64,000 nucleotides of DNA from Biomphalaria pfeifferi. Its lineage: Eukaryota. Below are positions 24,030 to 35,800 of this stretch, one piece after another; position 1 is the stretch's first letter, and each line of letters opens with the position of its first letter. Under the pieces are notes generated by a model that searched no databases, was not told the origin of the DNA, and saw nothing but the letters and a program-made list of their open reading frames with translations. The position numbers were made by a program, and so were the translations under genes. The stretch is taken from assembly GCA_030265305.1 (NCBI GenBank), contig JASAOG010000245.1:233822-297821 (forward strand), in the 5' to 3' direction.

Positions 24030-24209
24030 TGTGTATAAATCCTTGACATTTTTAGTTTCGCCACTAACCACAGCAGTTGCAATAGGCTCCTGGACATCTG
24101 CGTTCTGGTCCAAGTCCAACATCTCAGCCACTTCCTCCCTCTCTTTCACAACCTTGGTCAGGTCTTGAAATCTGCGCAAGTGTCTACAAATAACCTTCTC
24201 TGCCGCCAA
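24030..24209 (-). CDS. TAF6-like exon 11 (LAAEKVICRHLRRFQDLTKVVKEREEVAEMLDLDQNADVQEPIATAVVSGETKNVKDLYT)
   Basis: Acceptor tcctag and donor gtgagt, phase 0/0. Position is consistent with the TAF6 HEAT-repeat C-terminal region. Confidence 0.6.
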
Positions 24210-24501
24210 CTAGGACCATAAATAAAGTGCTTTGATCAATGAAAATGTACAGAGAAAATTGAAATAGTGAAATAATATAAAAAATCAATATGTAAAATAG
24301 TTATGAATATTCATTGCTGTTGTATCTGTTGCATTGGAGGGAGAAATCATAGGATCAGTTAAAAGCCTAACTATACACTATGTAACTTGCTTATATAAAA
24401 AATTGGACAAAAAAAAGGAAGGATCAAGAAATAATTAAAAAAGTGAAACAGAATAGACAACAGAATATAAATTACTTTTAAAAAATTGATGAGTGTCTCA
24501 C

Positions 24502-24627
24502 CCGAAGAGCGCCCTGAACTTTGAAAGCATCAGCTTTGTTGACTGACTCCTGCTTCTTGTCTTCAATCGCAGAACAAAGGTGTGGCCAGAAAACTGGGAG
24601 ATGAGGCAGGACCACATCTTCTACTGC
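24502..24627 (-). CDS. TAF6-like exon 10 (AVEDVVLPHLPVFWPHLCSAIEDKKQESVNKADAFKVQGALR)
   Basis: Acceptor tctgtag and donor gtgaga. Aligns to human TAF6 [23 protein letters not shown]. Confidence 0.65.
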
Positions 24628-24976
24628 CTACAGATTCATACAAACTGATGTTAAGCTTAGAACTATTCATGCATGATATAGATCGTGTCATAGTCAATGA
24701 TATTTTATGAAAGATTTTTTTTTCAAAATCTTGTCTATATAATTTTATTGGTAACAACAACACCTTTAACTCTTTAAGTTGACGAAACAAATGGGTGCAC
24801 AGCCATTTTTTAAAAGGATAAACTCCAAATTATATTTTGACAACAAAACAATAGCAATATTGAGCTGCACATTCATCGTACCTTTTGCAATGCGAATAAA
24901 AGTGTCTTATATTTCTAAAAAAAATTGTATTTCAGTTCAATTAATGTTGTTTCCTTTGAAGACAGCTTATGCCTAC

Positions 24977-25109
24977 CTTGTGACCCAGGGCTATCAATGC
25001 CATAACTGCGCCATAATGGGAATAGAAAGGCTTGTGAAGGTCTTGGAGCACTTCTCTCAGACACTTGATGGTGTTAAAACGAAGATGGTTTTGGGGGCTG
25101 TTCCAACGG
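24977..25109 (-). CDS. TAF6-like exon 9 (NRWNSPQNHLRFNTIKCLREVLQDLHKPFYSHYGAVMALIALGHK)
   Basis: Acceptor ctgcacag and donor gtaggc. SHYGAVMALIALGH aligns to human TAF6 TRYGSIAGLAELGH. Confidence 0.7.
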
Positions 25110-25194
25110 CTGTGCAGAGAAAAATATTTCAATCTTAACATGTATCCTTTAGACTTTAAATATATATAAGAACAAAAGAAAAAAGAAAACTCAC

Positions 25195-25319
25195 TTGACA
25201 ATTTCTGCTAGCAACCTGGCGGCATAGTCCCTCAGAACCCAATGATCATTCACAGAATAGATGGAGGCAGCCAGAGGTTCTAGCACACAGAATTCCACAG
25301 CTTGTATGATGGTAGATAA
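25195..25319 (-). CDS. TAF6-like exon 8 (LSTIIQAVEFCVLEPLAASIYSVNDHWVLRDYAARLLAEIV)
   Basis: NDHWVLRDYAARLLAEI aligns to human TAF6 DNHWALRDFAARLVAQI. Acceptor ttgtcag and donor gtgagt. Confidence 0.75.
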
Positions 25320-26030
25320 CTGACAACAAAGAACAAAACTAGTGCCACTTTTAAGAGCGCTAACTATGTACTTTTGGTGCTACTTTGTGTGCTAATTAAA
25401 TGGTTTTAGCATCATTGCAAACACTCGATTATTTATTTATCAAGCAGAGACCAGTTTCCAAAGGCAATCTTAACAGATTTAGCATTTAGTATTCATTGAC
25501 AGGTCAGCAGTTATGACATACTACAAGCATCATAGTTTCAAGAAAACTTTTTTCCATGTTTTTAAGGTTAAAATTAAGAATTTCAAGGTACCGCATCACA
25601 GAAAAACAATATAAGAGAAACAAATATTGATCCCCACAGCCCACCCCCTTTCACCTATCCCTTAGTCTATTGGACCACTGGGGGCACCACAAAAGATTTT
25701 TTGACCATCTTTCTCCATTCTCCCTTCCAAAAATATATCATATACAGTACTAAGAGAAAGTCTCAAATATAATAGGTAATGAATGTATTTGACTTAATGA
25801 GCCTTATGTTATTCAGTGTATTGTTTGAAGTACAAATGTGTATTATTGCACAAGCTCAACTCCCACTGAACTTTGAATATCAAGTATAATAGTCAAGATT
25901 GGCCCCTTTTAAACACAACATTTTTATAGCAGCAAAGGCCAGAAAAGGATAAACTCTTATAGCACTTTAAATCTAATTCTAACCTAACCCTACACTTAAA
26001 CATAGATTTACCTCCATGTCTAAAACTAAC

Positions 26031-26283
26031 CAGGAGGCGCGGTGGCTGAGCGGTAAAGCACTAGGCTTTTGGGGTTCGAATCCTGGTAGAGACTAGGATT
26101 TTTAATTTCGGGATCTTCAGGCGCCTCTGAGTCCACCCAGCTCTAATGGGTACCTGACATTAGTTGGGGAAAAGCAAAGGCGGTCGTCGTTGTGCAGGTC
26201 ACATAACGGTAGGCCACATAAACAGATGACCTTTCATCATCTGCCCTATAGACCACAAGGTCTGAAAAGGGAACTTTACTTTT
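26031..26283 (+). mobile_element. tRNA-derived SINE family 1 (forward copy) in a TAF6-like intron
   Basis: ggaggcgcggtggctgagcggtaaagcactaggcttttggggttcgaatcctgg head plus the conserved body and tail ..agaccacaaggtctgaaaagggaactttactt. Confidence 0.8.
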
Positions 26284-27125
26284 AATAAAACTAACCAATA
26301 ACTCAACTAGTGCCCACAATACTTATAAAAAAACTAGCTCATCTTACTATTACAGTCAGTCCAAATCCTAGACTGAATCTAATACATCCTTAAACAATAA
26401 AGCCATGCTTCTAACTTCAATACAACACAATGTTCCCATGACTTTCATGCGTCCAACTTTCACAGAAAGTCTAATGATATTAACAGTAACATACTCTGCG
26501 TTTTTTTAACATCACAGGTTTTCTTGAGGGAAAAAAACATAGTAGAAAGAAAATTTTGTTCCATGTTCTTTCTAAAGTAACAGTATACTTACTGTACATA
26601 CCAATTCTTTTTATACTATAATGTAGCATGCAATACAACAATGTATGGCACTTAAAAAAAATGACTGAACATTTAAGGAGTGTTTAAAAAATATTTAAAA
26701 ATAATGCATGTTAAGGTTAGTAAGGGAATTAGAAATTGTTATTTAAGAGTATAAAGTGTTAGGGTATGTCCTGAGATACTGTTCATATCCATAAATACTG
26801 AATGCATATGAGATTTAACACCGCATATCCACTAAGCGGAAATTTGACTTTTGTGGGTGGACTTCAAACTTATCCCCTACAAAAATCAAGGGACAACTGT
26901 ACCAATATTCCCATAAAGTATCATCAGGTCAGTAGAGTTTATTAGACAATGTTTGACAATGTGCTGATCAATTATGGCATACAAACAAATATTTGAACCT
27001 TTCTCTCCTCTAAAAATCTTATTTACTTCTAGCTGGATATGATCAGCGGCATGTGTGCCTTAGGATGGACAGATGCCTTTAGTGACAATTAGCACAATGA
27101 CAAAGAAGTACTTAGCGATACTTAC

Positions 27126-27227
27126 ATAGGGTTTGTGCATCAGGTAAAGGGCTTTATTATGGAGCAAGGCTCTGACAGTGTTCAACAGAGTTGTCAAGTG
27201 ACCAATGTCATGAGTCATGCTTTTAAT
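27126..27227 (-). CDS. TAF6-like exon 7 (IKSMTHDIGHLTTLLNTVRALLHNKALYLMHKPY)
   Basis: Acceptor ctcctcag and donor gtaagt. Aligns to human TAF6 [31 protein letters not shown]. Confidence 0.7.
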
Positions 27228-27596
27228 CTGAGGAGCAGAAGACAGGACAAGTGATCAACAACTTAATGAACACAATACTTTTCATACTATTACTTGAAAA
27301 AAAAAAAAAAAAAGGTAACAAAATGTCAGGCACTTGTAACAAGACTTAAGATATCTTCAGAATCAAAGACATTGCTATCATTATGATGATATACAATGTA
27401 TACCTAGTAAAATGAGACTTCTTTGTACATGTACATAGAGATGATAGTGGAGTTTAATCTTTGCCTTCACATGAGGGTCAACAGCAGACGGGTATAATTT
27501 AGTTTGGTTTGCATTTGTTTTTAGAATGCTACATATCTGCAACAACTGCAGTGTCTCTTCATATGGTGCGAGAATACAGTAGGTGTATTGTTTTAA

Positions 27597-27882
27597 GGGG
27601 GCGTGATGGATGAGTGGCTAAGCGCTTGGCTTTCGAACCCTGGGGTCTTGGGCTTGAATTTCTGTAAAGAATGGGATTTTGAACTTCCGGATTTTTAGGG
27701 TGCGCAAAAGTCCACCCTACTCTAATGTGTACCTGGCTTTCATTGGAGAAAAGTAAAGATGGGGTCATTGTGCTGGCCACAAGATACCCTGCTCATTAAA
27801 TGTTGGCAAAAAAAACAAACCCAGATGACCTTAACATCATCTGCCCTATAGATTGCAAAGTCTGAAAGGGGAACTTTACTTA
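27597..27882 (+). mobile_element. tRNA-derived SINE family 1 (forward copy)
   Basis: gggggcgtgatggatgagtggctaagcgcttggctttcgaaccctggggtc head, conserved body, and tail ..gattgcaaagtctgaaaggggaactttactt. Confidence 0.8.
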
Positions 27883-28413
27883 TTGTTTTTAGACTTTAAG
27901 ACATTCTTACACAGAATGAGCCAATAGCAAAAATCTAAAAACAATCAGTCTTAAACTCAAATATCATTGAACTGAAATGATCGAATCAATAAATGACCTA
28001 GCAGGGTTCCTCCATTTTGAGACTGGTATTTTAGGTGATTTCCAGGATTTTTTAGAATACTTTGTCATTTCAGGAGAGTTCCAGAATCTCCTGGAAAATC
28101 GAGAGGCCTTAGGAACCCTGACCTAGTATTCAAGCTAGAGATGATGATTTCAAAACCAGGAAGATGAACATAGGAAAGCATAGCAAAAAAAAAAAATATT
28201 GTTATTGGTAAACATGGACGACAGCCAAAGAGTTCAGATTTCTTTATATTTTAAATGAAAAAAAAAAACTTTGGGAAAAAATTTTCATTTTGTATTCAAT
28301 AATTTTAGAAAAGAAAATTATGCCCAAGATAATATAAATAGTATCAAATAATGGTAAAATACTAATGGTACTATCAAATAATGGTTCAAGTCAGTTTAGA
28401 AGTTTCCTCTTAC

Positions 28414-28491
28414 CCCACTTAGGACAAAGTTGATTAGATAAGGTAACACTGGCACAATATTGGGATTGGTCTTCAGATCCCCAAGTGCTTT
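28414..28491 (-). CDS. TAF6-like exon 6 (KALGDLKTNPNIVPVLPYLINFVLSG)
   Basis: Acceptor tctcaacag and donor gtaaga. Aligns to human TAF6 [26 protein letters not shown]. Confidence 0.7.
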
Positions 28492-29549
28492 CTGTTGAGA
28501 GAATAAAAGTAATTTGAATAAATATCATCTGCTTCAAAGCAACTGTTCAGTTTTATATCTGTGGTTCATGATTGGAGAGGGGGTACTATCTGGTCAGACT
28601 ATCAACATTTAATTTCTCAGATAATAAGTTATGTATAACGGCTGGGAGGACCTCTTCAAATACTAAGCAAATATTGAATTTTTCCGGGACACAATTCCAC
28701 AACCTTTTAGCTCGCCCTCAGTCAATCCTAATCCTAATAGCATAAAAAAAAAAACTTAGATCTAGAGTATGAATGATACTTGGTGGACTTTCATTTCTCT
28801 ACATTCAAAAGGAATCAAATAAACAATTACAATTCCTAAAATCAAATTGATATTTCCTTATCTTTAGAAGACAGAAAACCAAAATATATGCAGTGTGCGG
28901 GAACAGGAAAGGGAATTCCATTGGGGCCTTCGGAAAATGCATTTTTTTCCTCTTGGTCTAGGAAGTCTAAAGAAATGTTTGTTGTACTGTATATTGTTTG
29001 CAGTCGAAAGAAATGTTTGCTGTACTGTACATTGTTTGCTTTGTTGAGGGCAGAGAGGGGGTAGATAAGTAAAAATGATACTAGAATTTGAAGACCAAAA
29101 CCATGTGAGTGTGTGTCTGTTGTGGTGGCATTTTAAAGCAGGTCTTTCCACATCAAGTCAAAAGTCTAAGTCAAAGAAATTACAATACGCAGGTTAAAAA
29201 AAAAAATTAACAAAAATGGAGGTTCCAGGGATAGAGAGAGAGAAGGAAAAAGAGCAGGCCATTAAAATTTCACAGTATATAAAAAAAATTTTTAAAAAAC
29301 AATAAGGAGATGTACATGCCATAATAAACCTGCCTTCTCCTTTGATTCCACACCAAATATATATATTTTCCTAACAAAAATCAAAAACGTTTAAATGGAA
29401 GCACGGTAGCGCTCTCTGAAAGGGTGAAAACATTAATTCTGTCCGAATGTTGAAAATAATTCTGGAGCCAAAGAGTTAAATACCCACCAAAAAAACAATA
29501 CACCCACATGATTAATTTACAACAAAATGCTATTCTTTTTTGTATTTAC

Positions 29550-29641
29550 CTTGATAGCTACAGCATTAGCACTTAGAAGAGCTTTGGTCATACAGTTGTA
29601 GTATTTTAAATGGGGAGGGGACAGCTCTCGGCTACTTTTAA
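29550..29641 (-). CDS. TAF6-like exon 5 (VKSSRELSPPHLKYYNCMTKALLSANAVAIK)
   Basis: Acceptor tttttttcag and donor gtaaat. Aligns to human TAF6 [32 protein letters not shown]. Confidence 0.65.
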
Positions 29642-29964
29642 CTGAAAAAAAAAACAACAACAATCAATTGCCATTTGTTATTGCTTCTCTATATACAACT
29701 TTTTATTTTTTTTAAATTGTGTCTTGGGAATGAAATATATCCCTTCTAGTTCGCTGCTAGTTTATCAAAGCATGTGTAGATTCAGCTCTAAGCTTAGCAA
29801 AGAAGTTTTTGAGGGTTCCAGAAGAACAAACAAAAATTAAAGCACCCAGTTAACAGTTTTAAAAATATTGCATAAAAAGTATTGGTTATAAATGTGACAT
29901 TGAGTATCAACCTAAAACTCCAGGGATTAATCCTAGCACAGTAATGAGAAACAAACAATGATGT

Positions 29965-30290
29965 CCTATACATTTAATAATAATTTTATTTATAGACCGC
30001 TGTTAACAAACAAAATGTAGTCTAAAGGCGCTGTGATAACATTACAGACATAAACAGAGCTAAAGGGACAAACTAATCTAAAAACAGGTATGTCTTAATG
30101 TTCTTCTTGAAAGTAGTGTAGAATGTTGTCTGTCTGAGATCAATGGGGAGTGAGTTTCAAACCTTTGGTCTGTACACGGAAAAAGCCAGCAGACCATAGC
30201 TTTTGAGGGAGAAATGTAATACTTAATACTTTTTGATCATCCCAACTTTCAATTAACTCTTTGTACATACCGGTATGCAAAATTAAATTT
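29965..30290 (+). mobile_element. 5'-truncated copy of a LINE 3'-tail / SINE-like repeat (same family as the LINE 3'UTR at 34906-35290 and the copy at 50745-50960)
   Basis: Shared block ..ttcttcttgaaagtagtgtagaatgttgtctgtctgagatcaatggggagtgagtttcaaacctttggtc.. is present in all three loci. Confidence 0.65.
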
Positions 30291-30309
30291 TTTTTTAGAA
30301 AATAAATAC

Positions 30310-30369
30310 CTGAATTAGAGCTGCCTCCTTGTGAGATCTTTATTATGCCTTCCACGGCAAGCCAGTGAG
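30310..30369 (-). CDS. TAF6-like exon 4 (AHWLAVEGIIKISQGGSSNS)
   Basis: AHWLAVEG aligns to human TAF6 KAHWLSIEG. Acceptor tttgtag and donor gtattt. Confidence 0.7.
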
Positions 30370-30737
30370 CTACAAATTAAATTAAATAATAAAAAAATTT
30401 AGTTAGCTCTATCAAACATAAAACTGACATGACAGATTAAAATTGAAAACATAACTAGAAATCTATTTAAACACTTTTCTTACATTATAGCATTGATTTC
30501 TTTAAACAACAATTTGTAATTTTGAAATTGAGATAAGTTTAAATTAAAAAAAAAGAAAACTCCCTGTATAGTTGGGTGCAAAATCAGACCAATATATAAC
30601 AACCCGTTTTACTTAAAATTGAGTTATGATGAAAACATTTCGAAGCCAGCACAATAGCAAAGAAGTTGAGCTTTTTACAAAATGTATGCATTAAAGGACC
30701 ATGGAATAAACTGTTCTCTGTAATGGATTTAAATTAC

Positions 30738-30888
30738 CTTTAATGGATGGTAGTCCAATCTGTTTAGGAACATAACTTCCCAGAGCCACATCCACAAGGT
30801 TCACTTCAGAGTCTTCCACACAATGTATCTCAGTGTCCTTGATGTGTCTGAATGTAAGAGGGTCTTGAGCCCCATAGCCATGCACAGG
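30738..30888 (-). CDS. TAF6-like exon 3 (PVHGYGAQDPLTFRHIKDTEIHCVEDSEVNLVDVALGSYVPKQIGLPSIK)
   Basis: Strong alignment to human TAF6 [51 protein letters not shown]. Acceptor ttacag and donor gtaatt. Confidence 0.8.
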
Positions 30889-31605
30889 CTGTAATAGATA
30901 AAAGATTTTACTATTCGATCTTGTGACCAAGAGACAGCATATAGACAATGTAGCAATGTTTTTAAGGCAAAGTTGTTTTAAATCAAGTGTTAAAACAAAG
31001 TTTAAGTTAACTCTAGATGTGGCAATGATCCACATTAGTTAAAGTTAACTCAAGATGGCTGAAAAACTTATAGAAAGAAAGGAAAGGAAATTCTAGCCCA
31101 GGCATTGCATGGTCACAGCTCAATACAGCTATTCCATTGCCTCTTTTTACTATAATATCCATGAGGTATTTTAATGTATTCTATTTCTATTTTTAGAAAT
31201 CACCACCAGAATTCTAGCCTAAGACTCCAAGCTAGAAACATATCAATGTTAAGAAACCTTTGTTAGCTTTTTGTTAAAATTAAAAGAAGAAAGATAACTC
31301 TGTGTGTGAAAATAACAAATTTAAAAAATTCAATTTCTCAATGTCTAAAAATGTCAGAAATAAGATCATTCATGTTAAATAGCACACAAACACAGAGACC
31401 ATTCGTTAAAGTAGGCCTCAACACTGACCAGCAACGTCACAACCTGTGGGCAGTGGAGACCAAAAGCTCATTGATTTGTTGTACACTGCTCCTATGATTG
31501 GTCTCACATACTAACATAATGCATAAAAATCAAAAGAGAGTATCAAATTATAATATGTGCTGCTATTAAATAATTTCTGGGAATAAAAAAAAACATTGAA
31601 CAAAC

Positions 31606-31692
31606 CATCACATTCATTTCCTTAGCAGCTCTGTTGAAATCATCAATAGCAAGGCGCCTTCGCTTGGCATGTTTCATATACTGTGTTGCAAG
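31606..31692 (-). CDS. TAF6-like exon 2 (LATQYMKHAKRRRLAIDDFNRAAKEMNVM), histone-fold region
   Basis: Aligns to human TAF6 [32 protein letters not shown]. Acceptor ttgttccag and donor gtttgt. Confidence 0.7.
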
Positions 31693-31741
31693 CTGGAACA
31701 AAGATAAAATTTTTACAAAACTAACTCCTTAACAAACTAGT

Positions 31742-32191
31742 TTAGACCTTTAACCTAGAAAAATTATAAACCAATCTATCTCCCCAGCACTCAAAACCCA
31801 TGACAATAAGCTCAGCAATCAATTGCTCTACCAAATAGACCACACAAAAAAAATGTTTATAAGCCGTCTCAGTACTTAGATAATCCCAATCTGCATAGCC
31901 CCATATTGTACTGGTATAACCGAGAATGAGTAGCTTTTCTGTTTTTGGAATATCAAGTAAGGTGGAGTTTAGTTCTTCGTAGAACTTTGCTATGACATCA
32001 TCTGGGTTGGTCATGGTGGGTGCGTAAGAGCTAACAATGGAACTATGATTCTTTCCATTTTGTAAAGGCAGCTTTAGGGTCATGAGCCTATCACTAATTC
32101 CTTTGGGAGGCCCGACTAGTTTGGATACTATTGATGTTCTTATGGCAAAGCTGACTCCAGATTCACGTCGTACTTCAGTGCTGCAACGCAA
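31742..32191 (-). mobile_element. Inverted 5' segment of a LINE: APE-type endonuclease N-terminal half (..[26 protein letters not shown]....IVSSYAPT..)
   Basis: Minus-strand ORF with the characteristic LINE EN motifs. Lies immediately 5' of, and in opposite orientation to, the EN-C/RT body at 32250-34905. Confidence 0.6.
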
Positions 32192-32249
32192 GAGTTGGCT
32201 CTGACTATCACATCTGGAAAGGAGTCTTAGGCAAATTTGGTATAGGTCA

Positions 32250-35200
32250 ATGCAACAGCAACGGATTATTACTACTCCAGACCTGTGCTGAACACAAGCT
32301 GCTCATATCGAACACAATATTCAGTCTTCCAATGAGAAAGCAAACTTCCTGGATGCATCCCCGCCCAAGACACTGGCACCTCATAGATTACCTCATCACC
32401 AGACAATCTGACCGTCAGGACATTCGTGTCACCAAATCTTGCTGTGGTGCAGAATGTGGAACAGACCACTGCCTCATCATCACAAAACTAAACATTCGTA
32501 TCCAACCAAAGAGACATCCGCAAAAATCAAAACCCCCTAAAAAGGCTAAACACGGCCAGCTTAGCAGATGACAAAACTGAAAAGTCACTTGCAGATGCGA
32601 TAGAGAACTGCCTCAAGTCCACCCTTCTAACTGAATCAAATGTAGATAAAAGCTGGGAATGCTTCAAAGAAGCTATCTATAGCACAGCATTAAACATACT
32701 CGGTCCTATGGAGAGAAAGCATAAGGACTGGTTTGATGAAAACAGTACTGAGATCAGAAAACTATTAGATGAAAAGCACAAGCTCCACAAATTGTATCTG
32801 AACAACCCATACTCCCAGTCCACTAAAGATGCATTCACTAACATCCGCAAAAATGTGCAAAAACAGCTACGCCAAATGCAAGATACCTGGCTTAGCAAGA
32901 AAGTGGAAACAATACAGGAATTTGCTGACAAGCACGATATGAAGAACCATGCCATAAACGAAATCTATGGACCCACAAAGTCAGGCTCATCCCCTGATGG
33001 GACAATCCTATTGACAGATAAGGAAGAAATCCTAAAACACTGGGCAGAGCACTTCGAAAAGGTTCTCAATACACCTTCCATCATAAATGAAGCGGCCATA
33101 GACAGGCTACAGCAAGTACCAATAAATGAAAAAATGGATGACCCCCCTACGCTAAAGGAAACCGATCTTGCTATTCAACAGCTCGCAAGCGGAAAAGCCC
33201 CAGGAGCTGACTCCATTCCCGCAGTGGTCTACAAAAAAAGGTGGATTAGCCCTGATTGAAAGACTTCATAAGCTCTTCTTAATTATGTGGGAAAAAGAGT
33301 CAATACCACAAGACTTTAAAGATGCCACAATTGTTCATTTATACAAGCGAAAAGGTAACCGCCAGATCTGCGACAACCACAGAGGAATATCTCTTCTCTC
33401 GATTGCTGGGAAAATCCTTGCACGCATCCTACTAAATCAGCTCATGCAACACATAGAATATGGTCTACTAACAGAAAGCCAGTGCGGCTTCAGAAAAGAG
33501 CGTGGATCCATTGACATGATCTTTGCAGCAAGGCAGCTCCAGGAAAAATGCCAAGAACAAAATGCTGTTCCTGTTCTCAATATACGTTGACTTAACAAAG
33601 GCATTGGACACTGTTAGCAGAGAAGGACTCTGGAAGATCATGTCAAAGTATGGCTGTCCACAAAAATTCATAACCATGGTGAGACTATTTCATGATGGCA
33701 TGAAGGCTCGTGTCCAAGAAAGTGGAGAATCATCAGAGCCCTTCGAAGTATCAAACGGGGTAAAACAAGGCTGTGTCCTAGCACCTACACTGTTCAGTAT
33801 CATATTCTCCGCTATGCTGACAGATGCATTCACAAATAGAGAAAACAATGGGATAAATATATCATACAGATTTGATGGTGGCCTATTCAACCCGAGGCGG
33901 ATTAAAGCAAAATCAAAAACAAATACAGCAGTAATCAGAGACTTGCTATTTGCTGACGACTGTGCCCTAAATGCTTGCTCTGCTAACGATCTGCAGAGCA
34001 TTGTCAGTGACTTCTCAAGAGCATGCACAGACTTTGGCCTTACCATCAATACGAACAAGACGGAAGTCTTATATCTACCTGCTCCTGGGAAAACCTACTC
34101 GGATCCAAGCAGGAAATAAACGCAGTGGACAAATTCACATATCTTGGCAGCACACTCTCCAGAAATGGAAAAATCGATAGTGAAATCGACCTGCGTATCG
34201 CCAAGGCCAGTGCATCCTATGGCAGACTGTCTACAAATGTCTGGAACAGACGTGGTATCACCACAAACACAAAGCTAGGGATCTATAGAGCCGTCATCCT
34301 CCCCACATTGCTCTATGCCCCAGAAACATGGACAGTGTACAGTAAACATGCAAAGAAACTAAACCACTTCCACATGACATGTCTGAGAAAAATACTAAAT
34401 GTCAAATGGCAAGACAAAATACCAGATACAGAAGTCCTTCGAAGAGTGTGCCTGCAAAGCATCCACACAATCCTGATGCAGTCCCAGCTGCGATGGGCAG
34501 GTCACGTCTACAGAATGGAAGACCACCGCATCCCTAAACGACTCTTGCATGGCCAACTAAGCGAAGGAAATCGCTAGCAAGGTGGTCAAAGTAAGCGCTT
34601 CAGGGACACACTCAAAGCTTCTCTGAAGGCGTTCAGCATAGACCCAGGCACCTGGGAGACAGAGGCACATGACAGAGCATCATGGTGTCGCACTGTGAAA
34701 ACTGGCGCACAGGTTGCTGAGGAAAAAAGAACAACGCTGGCAGAAGAAAAACGCCAGAAAAGAAAAGCAAGACAAACGACACTAGCTCCAGCTGGAATAA
34801 CCTGCCAAGTGTGCGGCCGAACATTCCGGGCTCATATAGGTCTCACCAGCCACATGAGGAGGCATAAGACCCCAGTGCAAAGCCCTCAGCCCCCTGGATG
34901 ACAAAGTGGTCATCATCGAACCTCGATGGACGAACTATACACTGGTATAACACCTAACATTTTTACATAATAATAATTTAATTTATATAGCCCTGTTCAC
35001 AAACATAAAATAGGCTCTAACATGGACATGAGAGCTAAAATGGAAAACTATTCTAAGTATGTTTTGCATAGATCTTAAAGTTCTACTTAAATGTAATGAA
35101 ACATGTGGTTTATCTGAGCTCAATGGGGAGAAAGTTCCAAACCTTTGCTCCATGAAATGATCAAGGCCGCAAATCATAACTTTTAAGAGAAAAATACTGT

Positions 35201-35290
35201 TCAACTGAAAGAGTTGAGTTTATGGAGCGAAGGGCTCTAAGAGGGACATATGGAGTGATCAGTTCTCTAACGCACGAGGGCATTTATTAG
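32250..35290 (+). mobile_element. Non-LTR retrotransposon (CR1/L2-like LINE): EN C-terminal part, reverse transcriptase, C-terminal C2H2-type finger, and 3'UTR; several frameshifts
   Basis: Plus-strand ORFs: ..[44 protein letters not shown]..; RT blocks ..GFRKERGSIDMIFAARQ.., ..YVDLTKALDTVSREGLWKIMSKYGCP.., ..FADDCAL..; C-terminal ..CQVCGRTFRAHIGLTSHMRRH... The 3' tail is shared with copies at 29965 and 50745. Antisense within TAF6-like intron 1. Confidence 0.8.
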
Positions 35291-35352
35291 TTGTCGATGC
35301 ACAAAATGTTTAATATCAACATGTGAATCAAACCTGACCAGATAGAACTCAC

Positions 35353-35520
35353 CATGACAACTTGTCTAACTTGGTAGCTAGCATCTTCTCCTAACACAAC
35401 CGCTGCTTCATGCGGTATAGGCGACAACTGAGCCGACTCTGCCATGGTATTGATGGATGCTGCTGTAAACACTGCATAGGTCTTTTCCTCCATTTGATGG
35501 CGTCGTTCTTCAGAGGTCAT
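35353..35520 (-). CDS. TAF6-like exon 1 with start codon (MTSEERRHQMEEKTYAVFTAASINTMAESAQLSPIPHEAAVVLGEDASYQVRQVVM)
   Basis: ATG at 35518-35520 (minus) and donor gtgagt. Aligns to the human TAF6 N-terminus ..[43 protein letters not shown] (histone-fold). Confidence 0.75.
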
Positions 35521-35800
35521 CTTCTATTAACGAAACAAGAATTCTTAAAATTATCTTCAAATTTTTTAAGTGCATGTCAGTTCAAAAAAGAAATAAATAA
35601 ATAAAACAATGTTTGTTTCATACCAACAAGGGAAGTCCTTCGGTATTCACTGATATGGCAAAATTTGTAGGTTAAGTCCCCTTAAATAATTTTTAACGCT
35701 ATTTCTCTCAAACACATTCTCCGATCAGGTTGATACTTAGAGCAATTATTTATTGTATGTAACAAAACATGAATCAATTAAAAAAAAATGAATCTATTGG
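35521..35800 (-). promoter_or_regulatory. Putative 5'UTR/core promoter region of the TAF6-like gene (by position only)
   Basis: Immediately upstream of the first coding exon. No motif was verified. Confidence 0.2.

Noticed and set aside
32708-34577. LINE ORF2 segments as host protein-coding genes
   Set aside because: They have EN/RT/zinc-knuckle retrotransposon domains with frameshifts. Annotated as a mobile element.
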